64,000 bases of DNA, taken from the NCBI GenBank assembly GCA_046563655.1, contig CM102290.1, forward strand, positions 14,756,001 through 14,820,000. Direction: 5' to 3'. The position numbers and the translations under genes are program-made. Of the stretch, positions 1 through 13,900 are shown piece by piece. Under the pieces are notes generated by a model. It saw nothing but the letters and a program-made list of their open reading frames with translations, made no database searches and was not told where the DNA came from. Numbering within the stretch: the first letter of the stretch is position 1; every line of letters begins with the position of its first letter. The DNA is from Yuukianura sp. NJ FZ-2021 (taxonomy: Eukaryota).

Positions 1-599
1 GGGAATTCTGAATTTTCACAAGTGGTAGGAAATTCTGAATTTTCACAAGTGGTAGGAAATTCTGAATTTTCACAAGTGGTAGGAAATTCTGAATTTTCAC
101 AAGTGGTAGGAAATTCTGAATTTTCACAAGTGGTAGGAAATTCTGAATTTTCACAAGTGGTAGGAAATTCTGAGTTTTCACAAGTGGTAGGAAATTCTGA
201 GTTTTCACAAGTGGTAGGAAATTCTGAATTTTCACAAGTGGTAGGAAATTCTGAGTTTTCACAAGTGGTAGGAAATTCTGAGTTTTCACAAGTGGTAGGA
301 AATTCTGAGTTTTCACAAGTGGTAGGAAATTCTGAGTTTTCACAAGTGGTAGGAAATTCTGAGTTTTCACAAGTGGTAGGAAATTCTGAGTTTTCACAAG
401 TGGTAGGAAATTCTGAATTTTCACAAGTGGTAGGAAATTCTGAGTTTTCACAAGTGGTAGGAAATTCTGAGTTTTCACAAGTGGTAGGAAATTCTGAATT
501 TTCACAAGTGGTAGGAAATTCTGAATTTTCACAAGTGGTAGGAAATTCTGAATTTTCACAAGTGGTAGGAAATTCTGAATTTTCAAAAGTGGTCGGGAA
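1..599. repeat. 27-bp minisatellite (GTGGTAGGAAATTCTGARTTTTCACAA), ~22 copies, in an LLTP intron
   Basis: Directly visible tandem units. They generate the spurious VVGNSEFSQ repeat ORF 22..771. Confidence 0.97.
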
Positions 600-810
600 T
601 TCATGTACAGGGTTCGAAGGCTGTAACTTACGTCCTGTAACTTACGTAACTTACGTACGTAAGTTACGTAATTTTCAGAGGGGTTGTAATTTTCGAAATT
701 TTCATTCTTTTGAATTTTACGCGGGAGGGAGACAGCGTAGGAGTCAGGGGAGCGGGAGAAGTCCAAAATAACAAAAGAGCAGTGATTTAGATGATTATTT
801 TTTCCGTTTT

Positions 811-1230
811 TTCTCGAGCAGACTGCTCGAGAAATACCAGGATATTCTTCGAGCAGTCTGCTCGAGAAATACCAGGATAATTCTCGAGCAGTCTGCTCGA
901 GAAATACCAGGATATTTTTCGAGCACTCTGCTCGAAAAATACCAGGATAATTCTCGAGCAGTCTGCTCAAGAAATACCAGGATATTCTTCGAGCAGTCTG
1001 CTCGAGAAGTACCAGGATAATTCTCGAGCAGTCTGCTCGAGAAATACCAGGATAATTCTCGAGCAGTCTGCTCGAGAAATACCAGGATAATTCTCGAGCA
1101 GTCTGCTCGAGAAATACCAAGATATTCTTCGAGCAGTCTGCTCGAGAAATACCAGGATATTCTTCGAGCAGTCTGCTCGAGAAATACCAGGATAATTCTC
1201 GAGCAGTCTGCTCGAGAAATACTAGGATAT
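811..1230. repeat. 35-bp tandem array (~12 units) with a 23-nt palindrome TTCTCGAGCAG-T-CTGCTCGAGAA, inside the hAT element
   Basis: GAAATAC recurs every 35 nt from 831 to 1216. The linkers are near-identical. Confidence 0.95.
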
Positions 1231-1275
1231 GCTTCGTAGCTTTTCTTTCTGTTGTTTTAACTGGCTGTTATTGAA

Positions 1276-1476
1276 ATGCCACGAGTCAGAGATCCGATTT
1301 GGAACGATTTTGACCTTGAACCAAACCCGGGCAGTAAGATCCCCTGGGCAAATTGTAAGTTGTGTGATTGGAGACATGCAGGAATCCCGGACAGGATGAA
1401 ATCACACTTACAGAAACATCAAAACGTTGGCAAAGACTCCGAATCAATTGGGCCAAGTACGTCATGTTCACTTTAA
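1276..1476 (+). pseudogene. BED zinc-finger N-terminal remnant of a hAT transposase
   Basis: RDPIWNDF...CKLC...MKSHLQKH matches the BED W-x2-F...C-x2-C...H-x3-H pattern. No catalytic domain follows before the right TIR. Confidence 0.8.
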
Positions 1477-1924
1477 CATTTGCAGAGTCTAATTGTTGAG
1501 AGTGAGGAGCGAGCCTGAGGAAGAGTTAGATGTGATGGCAGTGGAATAATTAGTGTTATGTTTCTCGAACTATTCGTGTTAATTGCGTCAAGTGTGTTAG
1601 TTTAGTCTTAAAAATAAAATAGTAGTAAATATTGTCTACCGCAGTATATTTCTATCAGGCCTTGGTTTGATTTTTAACGCAATTAGATAGTAGATATTAA
1701 TAGTTTATGGTTTGGGGATGGGAGTGGGGTGCAGGCGGCTTGTTTTGAAAATTACAATCTTACGTAGATTACGTAAGTTACGATAATTACGTAAGTTACG
1801 TAGTTTTCGGCAAAAATACCGTAATTTTCGAACCCTGTTCATGTATATGCAAAAACTGTACAAAAAATGTGCAAGAAATGTGCAAAAAAACTCAAAAGTT
1901 AACAATTTTGTAAAAGGGTCATAC

Positions 1925-4900
1925 CTGTGCAGAAAGTGGAGCATTTCTCCAGTCAATGAGTGAGCGGGAGTTGATTGGATAGGCGGGCAGATTTGAAATG
2001 AGACCAAAAACGAGTTGACCATTTTGCAGTGACCCTTCCAGCTTCAAGTCCTCTTTTGTATTTCGCTCCAGGCGGATCATGGCCTTCGAATCTCCAAATT
2101 TGAGTGACCAAACGACATTTTCCAATTTGTAAAGTGGACTGTTAAATTGAATTCGGATTTCTCCGGAATCTGAACCGAACCGACCTTCCATTTTGCCCAT
2201 GTACCGAACGCGGTCGTTTTGAAACTTGAAACTGCCGGTACTCCGGACTTGACTGAGACTCACGTGAGTTTCTCCATGGAGTGTCCGGTAGCCTTCAAAC
2301 GGAGTCGTAATGTCGCAGTTGACCTTGAATTGTCGCAAACCGTCGAATGACCCTTGCAATTTAAGGTCAATGACCTTTTCGTTTAGTTGGAGCGACAGAG
2401 CAGTGTCGGACAGGCGACCATAGTTGCCAGAAGCAACGAAGTTCCGGACAGGAGCAAATGACGAAGCGGCTTCCACTTTGAAGGCGGAGCTATTCAGAGT
2501 AAAAGAGCCCGCGCAGGAGTAGTCAACACCGTTGTGAGTTAGAGTAGCTCGCAAAGACGTTTCACCTTCAAGGTCAACCTGAAAATTTTAAAATTTTGAA
2601 AAAAAATTCTTTCAAAATTTTTGAAATTTTCATTTTTTTTTCAATTTTGACATACTTTCATGGCCAGGTCAACGCCACTGGTAAACCGGATCTGCGGAAG
2701 TTGCAGGGAGCCCTTGAAGGTCATCTCTTGACCTTGACCTTTGGGCAAGGTCAAATACACTTCGGATTTAAGTACTTCAGAGTCCTTCGAGAGGTCAAAG
2801 GTTACTTTATGGCTGTTTCCAGTCTGTTTGTACTGCGCATGACTCTCGACGTGTTCCCATCCAACTATGGTGCTGTCCACGGTGACCTTCAAGGTCATGT
2901 CACCATTCCCTGCGTCGCTGTTCAAAAATTGACCTTTCGTTTGGAGGCCACTGACCCACCGGAAGTTGTCTTTTCCACGGTGCACTTCAATTTGTAGAGT
3001 TTTGCTGGTCGAAGTCCCCTCATAGCCAATAGCTCCATTGACTTTGTTCCACGGTTCTCTCAGGGGCGATTCGAGGTCAAAGGTCACCGTTTTCGGAGTG
3101 ACAGTGGCTGACCCGGTCAGCTGATTTTGTTGGCCGTTGAGGTTCCACGTGACACTGACTTTGTTTGTGCCTGAACCCAGGCGGGTAAGGGTACCCTTCG
3201 CCCCGAAGTTCTGGAGGGCGGGAAATGGCGTGTGAAGCTCAATTCGGATTTCGGAGGGTTCCAGGACAAACTGCCCGCCAACTTGGTGTTTCCGTCCGGA
3301 AAAGTCCAAGGATGCTTCAGCATTGTACCTAAGAAATCAAAATTTGAAAAATCAAAAACAAAATTTTTTGAATTTTTCGTTTTTTACCCTTTTCTAAAAT
3401 CGTATTTGAATTCGGCTGTTCCCGCCTCTTCTCCGCCAAGCGTCGCTTGACCAAATCCGTGCGTCGGACTGAAGTCCCAAAGAAATCTCAGAAGATGCGA
3501 TCGCTGATTCAGCGCTGCCGTGATTTGCAGCGTATTTGACTGTTCCTTAATAAACTGTACGGAGATCAGAAGTTTCTTGACGGGGTCAAAGGGCGTTGCC
3601 AGGTCAAACTCGACTTGTGTCGAGGTCAAAGTACCCCGCAGGGTCACTTTACTCTGCGCAGGGTCCAAGGACCCTTGGACCAATCCCTTCCACACATCTC
3701 CCTCTCTGTCATACTCTCCTTTGTAGTTGATTCTACTGTAGCCTCTCCACGGCGTTTCCACGGTGACCTCAATCCGTCCAGAACTTGTACTCGATTGTGA
3801 TTGGATGTTGATGCTGTACGCTGATTGGTCAATGCGCATGCTCAGAGTGGCCAAATTTTTAGTTCCTGCAAGATTCAGCTCTCCTTCTAAACTAAACTTC
3901 TTGAGTGACTGAAAAGGCATGTCCAGCTGAAGCAATATTTTGGACAGGTCAAGTCCAACTACAGCCTGAAATGCATAAGTCTTCTGCGTCTGCGTGACCC
4001 AGGCTCCCTTAAGGGTGTGTTTTCCAAATCCAAAGTCCCCTGCGTCAAGGTCATAGTCCATTGTGAGTGCAAACACTTTTCGGCCAGAGTGGATTGCAAT
4101 AGCTTCCAAGCGATAGTCGTTGTGCAAGGTCAAAGTGTAGCTCAATTCGTGTGACCCCGTGACCTTCAGTTCCAGTTCTTTCCGGGCGTAAGTCAATTCA
4201 CCCACTCCACTAACAGAACTTTTGCCGTTTAAAGTTTCAAAAGTGGCTTCAATTTCAAATTTCCCGGGAAATAGGCGGTACTTGGCGTCCAAACTCTTCT
4301 TGGCCAATAGAGCGTGTCCTTTTCCGTCCACAGCCAATTCCAGCTCACCTTCACTTCCACCGACCTTTTGTTTTTTTACAAAAAAAAAGTTATTACCGTA
4401 TTTCTTCGCATAAATCCACTAAAAAATCATTATTACCGCATTTCATCGCTTATGTTGTTAGGATAACATGACGACTATTTTTTTTAATAATTGGCAGAGA
4501 TGTCAAAAATATGTGCTAAAAACCCCCGAAATATGGACAAAAAATATGTTTTTTAAAAATCGCCCAAATATTTACTTATTTACATTAGGGGCATGGGCAA
4601 ATAAATAAATATTTAGAAACGAAAACCCCCCAAATATTTTTTTTGTTAACATTACGGGCATGGAGACTAAATATGTTTGACATCCCTGATAATTAGGTTA
4701 GTTAACTTCGGAACCTAACCGGATTTGAAATTACCTGGAATTTGACCTTGAGATTGATGAGTTCCTTCTGGGTTTCAGCGATGTCCAGCTCCATTCTGCC
4801 AGTTGAATAATCAAATTTTCCTTCTGCCTGGACCACATGACCCATCGGGCAGTCAAAATGCAGTTTTCCGCCAATATTCGAATCTTTACCAAACCACTCC

Positions 4901-7900
4901 ACTGCCCAATGGTAGAGTTGTGTTCCATTTAAATTGAAGTCCACAAAAGCATCTCCTCCTTCCTCCGCATTTTTCTGCACACCAAAGGTCACGTCGTAGT
5001 CAGGAATGAACGGCGTCGTCGCTTTGCCCCTCACGAATCGCTCTTCAAAACTGGCTTCTCCCTCTACCGTGAAATAGTCCGTACCAAACGAAAATCCACT
5101 CTGGAACTTACGATCTTTCAATGTAAAAATGAAAGCACCGCGGCGGTCATCCTCTCCTCCGAGGAGTGCCGAAGTTTTCCGAACGGTGTACTCTGTCTTG
5201 TGTTCCAACGATTGAATGTCTCTGAAGTCATGGTGACTGGCCAAGGTCACTTCGGGGATGAAGTTGAGTGGTGACGAAAGTTTAGCGGTCATGTCATATT
5301 TGAGCCAACTTTCCTGGTCCATGGCAACCGTGACCGTTGTCATGGCACGGTCCACCAATCCGAATTGAAAGTCCATCAAGTACGAATCGCTGCTGCGCTT
5401 ATGTTCAAATGAAACTAACATTTTCGGTCTGTCCGGCACCGTGGCCCACAATGACGTTCGGATTTCTTTAAAACCGTGAAACAGCCACTCCAGTCCGACT
5501 TCCGCGGTTTGGTCGTCGTAGGTTCCGCTGCACTTGAGTTGGAATCCGTCTTCGTCGGTACGTTTCGATACGAATCCAAGGTCGAACCGATGGTCCGGTA
5601 TTTTGGCGCCAAGAATCATTTCGGAATCTTCCAGGATGGAGTTGAACCGTCCGGCTGCCGTGAGTTGAATGGACTTCTGTGACCTTGCGTGACCTTGACC
5701 TTGGAACCATGTCAGGAGCAAAGAGTGACCAAATTCTGTCACCGTGCCACCGCGTTTGACCTCAAAGGTCACGGGAAATGCTGGATGAGGACCGTTGATG
5801 AACAGTTTAACTTCATGGTTCAAGTCAGAGTCAAAAATGGACAAACGACCTTCAAATTTTTCCAGATTTTGCCACGGCGTGGTTACCAAGAAGCTGACTT
5901 TGAGCGGATTTTGTAAGTGGGACACGCGACCTTCAAAAGTTTGACTTTTCCCGCCAAAAGTTTTCCAGCGCATGACAAACGTGTCGGTCACTTCAGAAGT
6001 TCTCTGACGATTGTACTCCGCCGAAATCTGTTTGAAACGAGAAATCAACAAAATTTAAATTTAAAAAAAATTTCAATTTAAAAAAATCAAAGAAGGTGGG
6101 AATTTGAAATAGGGCTGTCGCCGTTTCCGTGTAAAACGGGAACGGCGAAACGGACTTTCGTTTCCGTTTTTGTTTTGTTTTTTTTTTGCTAATTTGCCTA
6201 ATTTGAAATGTTGAATTTTGGAATTTTGAACTTACTTCAGGAATGAAGGAACAACCGCTGAAATCCAGTTTGACTGTGCGTGACCTTTGACCCACGGTGA
6301 CTTGACCTTTGAAAACTGAGGTCAGGAGGCCCTTTTGTGTCGTGACCTCTAGCAATCTCGTGTCACCAGAAGTTGACATTTTGGCCACAGCCGCCAGTTT
6401 GTCCATTCCAGAAGCTTCCAGCATTGCAGAAAAAGTGGACTGCGGAATGTCCAGGTTTCCGTAAAGAGCAGTTGCTGCTGTCCAGGCATCCCAGTGACCT
6501 TGGCACTTCGTGCTCAGTGTATTTCCGTTATAAGTGTGCTCAATTGTGAATCCAAGGGAACTGTACCCACTGACTGGAGTGGCAAGCGATGCAGCGATTT
6601 TGAATCGCTCAAGCGATTTCCAGTGGTTTTCCAGCGTGAAAGCAAATCGCTGTGAATCCAGTTCAGCTTCTACTTGGATCTTGCTGTCGAGATACACTCC
6701 AGCTAAGGAACCAATTCGACCGAAGTAGTCCACTTGACCTTTGATGCTGTGGTCGTTGACCTTTGCTTCCAAGGTCACTTTGTCGTTTGGATGAAAGTCT
6801 TTGTCCGGAATCACGGTCAGCTTACCCCAAAACAAGTCGTCGTCTACTTCCCTCAACTGCAAAAACAAAAAAAAATACCTTTTGACCTTCAAACTGAAAA
6901 AACCTTGAGCTGTTACCTCAAAATTGAATAAACCTGATAGGCAGTGGGAAAATGATAGGTGGTCGGAAAACTTGTAGGTGGTCGGAAAACTTTTCCGACC
7001 ACCTATCATTTTCCTATCACTTTCCAGATCACTTTTGCGACAACCTATTATTTTCCGACCACCTATAAGTGGTCGGAAATCTTATAGGTGGTGGGAAAGT
7101 GACAGGCTGACAGGTGGTCGGAAAACTTTTAGGTGTTCGGAAAAGTGATGGATAATCGGGAAGTGATAGGTGGTCGGAAAATGATAGGTGGTCGGGAAAG
7201 TTATAGGTGATGGGAAAATGGTAGGTGGTCGAAAAAGTAATATGTGGTCGGGAAAATGTATGGTGATGGTAAAATGGTAGGTGGTCGGAAAATGATAAGG
7301 TGGTCGGGAAAGTGATAGATGTGATCACTATTGCTGAAAAAAACCTTGACATTGAAAAAAATTGAAATCTTACGAGCAGTTCGGAGTAGAAATGCTGCGA
7401 GAAGTGGATGTCAGCAGTGTACGTTTGGTCACCTGACCTCGCCTGCCTCCAGTTGAGTTCACCCGAGTAGTTGACCCCGTTGAGGTCAACTTTTGCCTCC
7501 ATCTTGTGAGCATACCTCTTACTAGCGCTGTATTCAAAACTTCCTCCCCACTGTCCGCTGTAGCGCTCATTTCCTTCAATTTGAATCTTCGACGTCATCA
7601 TACTTTCCCGCTCACTTGCCACGAATTTCCCCGAAAACGATACCGGAACTCTCGCGAAATTTTCGACTCGCGCTTCCAGTGCGTGATCTTGCCGACGTTT
7701 ATTTGAACCGTTTTTGTATGTCACCGTGGCTTTCTTCTGGGCCGAACCGTTCGGTAGCACGACCAGTTCCGATTCGTATTCTCCGGTACGAACTTCGGTA
7801 ATTCCGCTTCTCAGAGCATGCGTCGTTCCAGGCCAACTCACTTCGGCATTAAAGTTCCTTTTGAGCAGTTTTTCATTTGTTCGGAGATACTCAGCTTGTG

Positions 7901-10900
7901 ATCGGAGTTCGTTTCGGGGGTCAAGTCGACCGGTGAATCTTGTGAAAATACCGGTTTGATTTTTTTGGTGTTGAAAGTCAACCAAGTAGTCGATTCGGTT
8001 TTGTGGTGCCGTGAGAGAAATGAGAAATTGAATGTCTTCCAGTTGGCGCCGATTTTGATTTTTAAAAAGTGTTTTGGCCTCCCACTGTGATTGACCTAGA
8101 ATGACCTTGACATTATTCTCAAAGTAGCCTCGAGCCATGGCCGTTTCCCAGGCGAAGTCAGTATTCAGAGAAGAGACTTGGGGCGAAGTGAGACTTGCCG
8201 CAGCAGAGTACTTGACCAAAGCGCCCTTTTCAAATTTTGAAAATTTCCCACCAAAATTTAAAACTCGCGGTTCCCCGGTTGTGCATGAATATTGGATTTC
8301 TGCCTTGGAAGTGACAAGCCCTGGCCGAACTCTGACCTGTGACCGCACATTACCTGTCACCAAGGAGGATTCGATTCCAAGCCGACTGCTGTAAGCATCT
8401 CGTTGGCGTATCACTTCACCTAAAAAAAATCAAAAATTAATGAGTTTTTGAAAAATTTGAATTTCAAAAAAAAAAAATTCTAAAATTCGAATGAGGAAAT
8501 GTGGCTACTTTTAACCGGTGTTTCGTAAAAAGCACTTTTTTAAAGTCGATGCTTTACTTTTTGCTGTAAATAGCTTTTTTTTTACTGTTTTTTTTGAAAA
8601 GTTGCTAGTTTGAAGTAAAAGTGAGAACCTGTGAGTTGGATTGGCTTCTCAGTCAAGTATTTGACCTTGAGGTCAACATTTGCTTTTCCGTCACTGTGCA
8701 GAATGTTGGCCAAGTACATGACCCCTTGGACATCGATGATTGGTCGATCGAAGTAGGACATGACAAAGTGAGGTTCCAATTTTGTATTTTGTTGTCTCAG
8801 GCCAGTGCTGAGCATAAAAATTTGTTCGTCTTTAGAGCGCAGACTCAGTTGCAAGTTCTGGGCCGTTTTGGAGTACATGCCTTGCGCCGTGAGTGACTTC
8901 CGCGGTGTTTCAATGGATGCTTCCAGCTTTCCTTGGGCAGTATCCAGCACATACGTGACTGCCAAACGACGGTCGACCTTTGACCCCGGAGTGTTAAAAA
9001 GTAAACTCACGTCTTGCTGCCCGCCGTCGTCACTGCCAAGCCATTTGTAATCAAATTCGTAACTGTTGAAAGTGTCAGTTTTTTCCACGGTCAAAGCAAG
9101 CGCCGCTGGTTTTAGCAGGGGGAAGCTCATTTCGTCCGGCATTGAAGCACTGCCGCAGAATTTTAGTCCAATCAAAGTCGAAACGATCTCTGGAGTGCAG
9201 ATTTCAAAGTCTGAAGAGATCTCGTGACCTCCGATGACCTCTGTGTAGAGGTCACTTGGTGACATAAGCACAAGTTGAGACTTGACCTCAAGAATTTCCT
9301 GTTTGGGTTGCGGTAGAGTCAGAGCAGCGTGGACGACATTTGAGCCCTTGATGAGTACTCTAGCTTGGACAGCCGTAGCAGTGTGCAGAGAATTTTGAAA
9401 TTTAACACCACTTTTCAAATTTGAATTTGAGCGCCCCAGGGTCACTCCCAAGTGCCCGTCGACTTGAAGGGCTCCACTGGGCTCAAGGGCTCCGTGAATG
9501 TCCAGTTCTTGGTCTTCCCAGAAATTGGCCAAATCAATCTTGCCAGACGCTTTGACTGCAACGGTCGACGCTGCTTGGACTCCAAGCGACAACGGAAGCC
9601 CCGCCCCCGTCGGCACAATGTACCTGTTCAAAAATAGTTCATTCATAAACAAAACTCTAATACTAAATTTCGAAATTTAAAATTTTCCTTATATTATACT
9701 CTAACTTTCATATTAAATTTCTAGCTTTTTGAATTTTTGAATTTCTCTTTAAATGTCATATTTTTCCATCAGAATCCGTCCAAATCCGGAATCCGGATTT
9801 TTTAATCAGAATTCTTCCAAATCCGAAATCCGGATCTAAATCCGGATTTTTTAATCAGAATCCTTCCAAATCCGGATCTAAATCCGGATTTTTTAATCAG
9901 AACAGTACCTCGAGTCCATGATGACATTTGACTTCACAAACTCCGCCTTCTTGCCAGTGCCCATGTTGTCAAAGAGATAAGTGATGTCCAGCCAGTTTCG
10001 TCCATTTTCATCCACCAGAGTTGGAGCCGTCTGTTTGTGCGAAAATTCAAAGTGTTTGTACGAAATTTCATTGCCGAAGATCCGGACGAAACCGGATCCG
10101 CCCGGAAGGTTGTCCCGATTAAGTCCGGCTTGGTTAAAAACTTGGCTGAGTCGTTCCACTTGGTTTGAAGTGGATGCCGTTCCGCTCCGTTTCGTTCGGA
10201 TTGAGTTCAGGGCTTCGGCGACATGCGGTTCCGGAAAGTATCCGGTCGGACCGAAGACGGATTCCAGAAGCGGTTCGAGTGAGTGAATTCGGCCGCCGAT
10301 TTCAAATAGGTTGATGGATTCACCGAAAAGATTTGTTGTGACATTGACCGTAAGTGAGCGGGGGACAAATGAACCGGGAGTGAAAATTAAGTTCGACTCC
10401 AGTCCGGCTCCCACGTTCACCTCTTCCCAAAATGTTGAAGTTTCAAAATTTCGTGAAAATTTTCGCGCGTCAGTATTGAATTTGTTTTTCAAAAAGTCAT
10501 TTGACAGAAGATCTTTCAGATTTTGTTTGTCCGGACTGGAAGTTTCTTGTAAGTTTGTCAGATGTGTCCACACAAATGAGCCAACTAAAAAATGTTTTCA
10601 AATTCAGAAAAAAAAAAGAATTTCAAAATTTTGAAAATTTTGAAAATTTCATACCTTGATTGACAGTATCCGTGTAGAGCGTATCCTTGACGACATCGAC
10701 CAAATCCCTACTTGGACATCGCATGGACACCAAGTATGCACCAATCCTAACTTCCGTTTGTTCCTTCATGTTTTGATACAGCGCTGTGATTGGTGCTTGG
10801 TCATAGTGGTCACAGGGCATGCGTCGAAAGGCTTCCAGCGCAGCCAATCGCGACTCGAGTGGATTCGTGGTGTCTTCAAAGCACTTGCGCAGTAGCTGGA

Positions 10901-13900
10901 AGCTTCTGTCGTCGGTTTCAGTCGGAAGGCGACCGGCGTTTCCGATGGCTTTAAGGCCAAACATGGCCCGTGTCAAGTCACGGTCGCCATATTTGGACAA
11001 CTTGCAGGATTGGCCAAGGAATGACAAGATTTTGCGCAGTGCGTCCTGGACAGGGGCTTCTTGACTGCAGTCGTCATGGTCACGGCAATACGCATGAATC
11101 ACGGAAGAAATGGACAAAAGAGCTTGGTTTCTTGGTTGACCGTCCAGAAGAGGCTGAAAAGCGAATTATAGAAATTATAGAACTTATGAAAATTATAGAA
11201 ATTATAGCGGGTGGTGACGCCACTTTTCACATTTTTTAGTAGAAATTTTGGAAATTATAGGAAGTGGTGACGTCACTTTACAAATTTTTTAATAGAAGTT
11301 ATGGAAACTATGATGGAAATTATAGAAATTATGGAAATTATAGCGTACGGTGACGTCACTTTTCAGAGTGGACCAATCACAGGAGCCGTTACAAAAGGGG
11401 TGGCAGGGGTTGGGAGGCGGAGCTTCTTAAATTCTCTTAATCGCATATTCTCTAATTTCTATAATTTTCATAATTTCTGTAATGTCCATAATTTCCATAA
11501 TTATTTCTACAATTCATAACGCAAGTTCCATAAAAGTATAAACTTACTGAAATGGCTGGAATCATTTCGAGACTTGGATGTTTGATAAACGCAATACTCG
11601 TGAGCCAAGCATCTATTTGAATTTCGGTGAGTTTGCCGCCAGAAAACATTTCTCGCATGAAGGTGAGCGCAGGGGCAGTTCCGACCAATGGCAGAGCATC
11701 GAGTAGAAACGTTCGAGCGACGTCGCTTGGTGCTTTGTTGAACAAAGTAGAAATGACGGCATAGTTGACCGTTCGCAGGCGAGTGACGAGGTCAATGAAC
11801 TTCTCCGGAGCGAAGACGCTGACCTTGGGCACACTCTCACGCTCCAGGTCACTCAAAAGGTCAAGTATTTCCTGGATGTTTCCGTCAGCAGCATCTTCCG
11901 GTCCTTGGGCCTCGTACGTTAAACTCAACTTCTTAAAATCTCTCCAATCCACTAAATAGCCAAAAATAAGGTAAAGTAATCGAAAGTAAAGTAATCGAAA
12001 GTAATTGTACCTTGTTTATAGTTTGGAGCAGCTCGGGAAGATTCGTAGACCAATGACTGCGACACGACCGTTGTGACAGCACTGCTTGACCTGTCAAAAG
12101 GCTGAAACTTGTGTTCTTCCGTACATTCAACCTTGGTCAGCTGTTGATTCCGAAATGTCTGAGTGCATTCCTGGGCTCCAGATAAAAGCGGAATGTTTTG
12201 AACCGGAGAGCTGGAAGCGTACGGAACAGACTGAATCGCTGAAATGTGGCTGGATCGCTGGCTGCATGACTTGAAGTTTTTGGTCCTCTTGACCTGAGAT
12301 TCAGTCATGAGGTCATAGCGGGTCAAGCAGTTGCCATGGACGTCTCTCTCATGGACTGTTTGACCTCGGTTGAGGTCATCCATTGTGTTTTGAAGGACAG
12401 ACAAAATTCCTCTCTTGACATTCACAACCCATCGTTCCTCACCTTCTCCTGAACAAAGATGTTCGACTTTGCCGTTCTGGAAGGAAAACCGGAGCGGAGA
12501 TTCCGTAAGTTCCCGAATCAGTTGATCCGAATTCGGCAAATCGGTTTCCGGTACTTGGCGGTTGGTCGGATGAGATTCCGTAAGTCTCACTTCTTTAAGC
12601 TGTGGACATACAAAAAAAAACGTTTTTCAGCCGACAAAAAAAACGTTTTTCGAACGACAAAAAAATAGTTTTCAAAAAACGATGTAATTTTGAAAATGAA
12701 CAAAGAAAAACTAAATTTTTGAATTTCCCACCTCCAGCTGCTGTTCACATCCCGTGATCGCCGTAATTTCTACAACGGCCGTTAGATGAAGCCGAGATTC
12801 TTGGGCCGAAGCTCCTGCAGCAAAAGTTCGAACGTCCGTACGGTATTTGTACCGAGTTGTCGTACCGGGTCGAAGTCCAAACTTGGTCGATTCTGCACAA
12901 AAAATTTTTTGCAACTTTAAATAATTCGCAATTCTAAAAATGTGCAAATTTAGAAATCCTAGAAGTTTTTTTTATCATTACCTTTGCAAAATGAGGCACA
13001 TTTGAGCTGTGACGTTCCTTTCGGGCCGGGGCTTATCGCAATTCTAGAAATCGTTTCTAAAACGATACAAAAGGAAATCGCGACGTGAATTTTTGATTTC
13101 ACTGAATTTCGCGACGTGAAAATTCGACTAAGTACTTACCAGTGTCGTCTACATTCAAGTTAACATAGGAATTGCGTGTGGGAGCAACTTTGAAGTCAAC
13201 TCGACATCGGTATTTTCCCTCATCTGCTGGCGCCACATTTTGAATTTCCAAAACCGCCGGAACGACATTCATGTCAAACCGACCTCGTGTTCCAAGTACC
13301 GTTTCGTCGGACCAGTGCTGGACCGATCTACCTCTTGAATCCACACTTAACAAAACAAAAATTTCAAATTTTCAAAAACTTTTTGTTGAAAAACTTGAAA
13401 TTTCAAAATGCCTTACCTGTAGATGGGGCGTCCCAAGTCCTCTCTGTACCACAGCACAAGAACTGCTTCGTCCTTGACACTCCGGAGGGGGGTGGAGTTT
13501 GGAACGGAAATATCACAGGGTAACTTCGCAACTCCATTCGCTACTGCTTCAACGTCTCTCGTCTCAACTTCAAAAAAACGAAAAATCAAAGAAAAAGTTT
13601 AAAAAAACTGAAATTTCGAAAAGTCAACTCCAACAAACAACATACATATCAAGTCGTAAACCAAATCCAGAAAAACATCACGTGGGAAATTTGTTTTCCG
13701 TTCTTTCTTAAAGTAACTCTAAACGCGGTCAAAGTTCAACTCTCACTCTTTTCACAAGTCGCAATAAACAATTACATTTCAAAATTTCCAAAAGTTACGT
13801 AAAATTTTGGAGTTTTTAAAAATTTAAAAATTTCAGATTTTCCAAAATTCAGGAATTCAGCAGAATTCCTGTAGTCACAGCTAATTGTTTCAGCGTGAAA

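Larger units (their letters stand above)
608..1837 (+). mobile_element. Non-autonomous hAT-superfamily DNA transposon (internally deleted)
   Basis: 11-bp TIRs CAGGGTTCGAA (608-618) / TTCGAACCCTG (1827-1837). Perfect 8-bp TSD TTCATGTA (600-607, 1838-1845). Subterminal TTACGTAA-type repeats at both ends. Internal BED-finger ORF. Confidence 0.92.

Noticed and set aside
22..771. 249-aa VVGNSEFSQ repeat ORF
   Set aside because: It is a translation of a 27-bp minisatellite with a GTG start, running into a transposon end.
811..1230. CRISPR-like array of palindromic repeats
   Set aside because: The linkers are ~12 nt and near-identical rather than unique spacers. There are no cas genes, and the array lies inside a eukaryotic hAT element.
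13646..13719. Possible extra LLTP exon (SYFKKERKTNFPRDVFLDLVYDLI, donor GTATGT)
   Set aside because: It has no Met or signal peptide, and its acceptor phase (0) does not match the phase-1 donor of exon 1.
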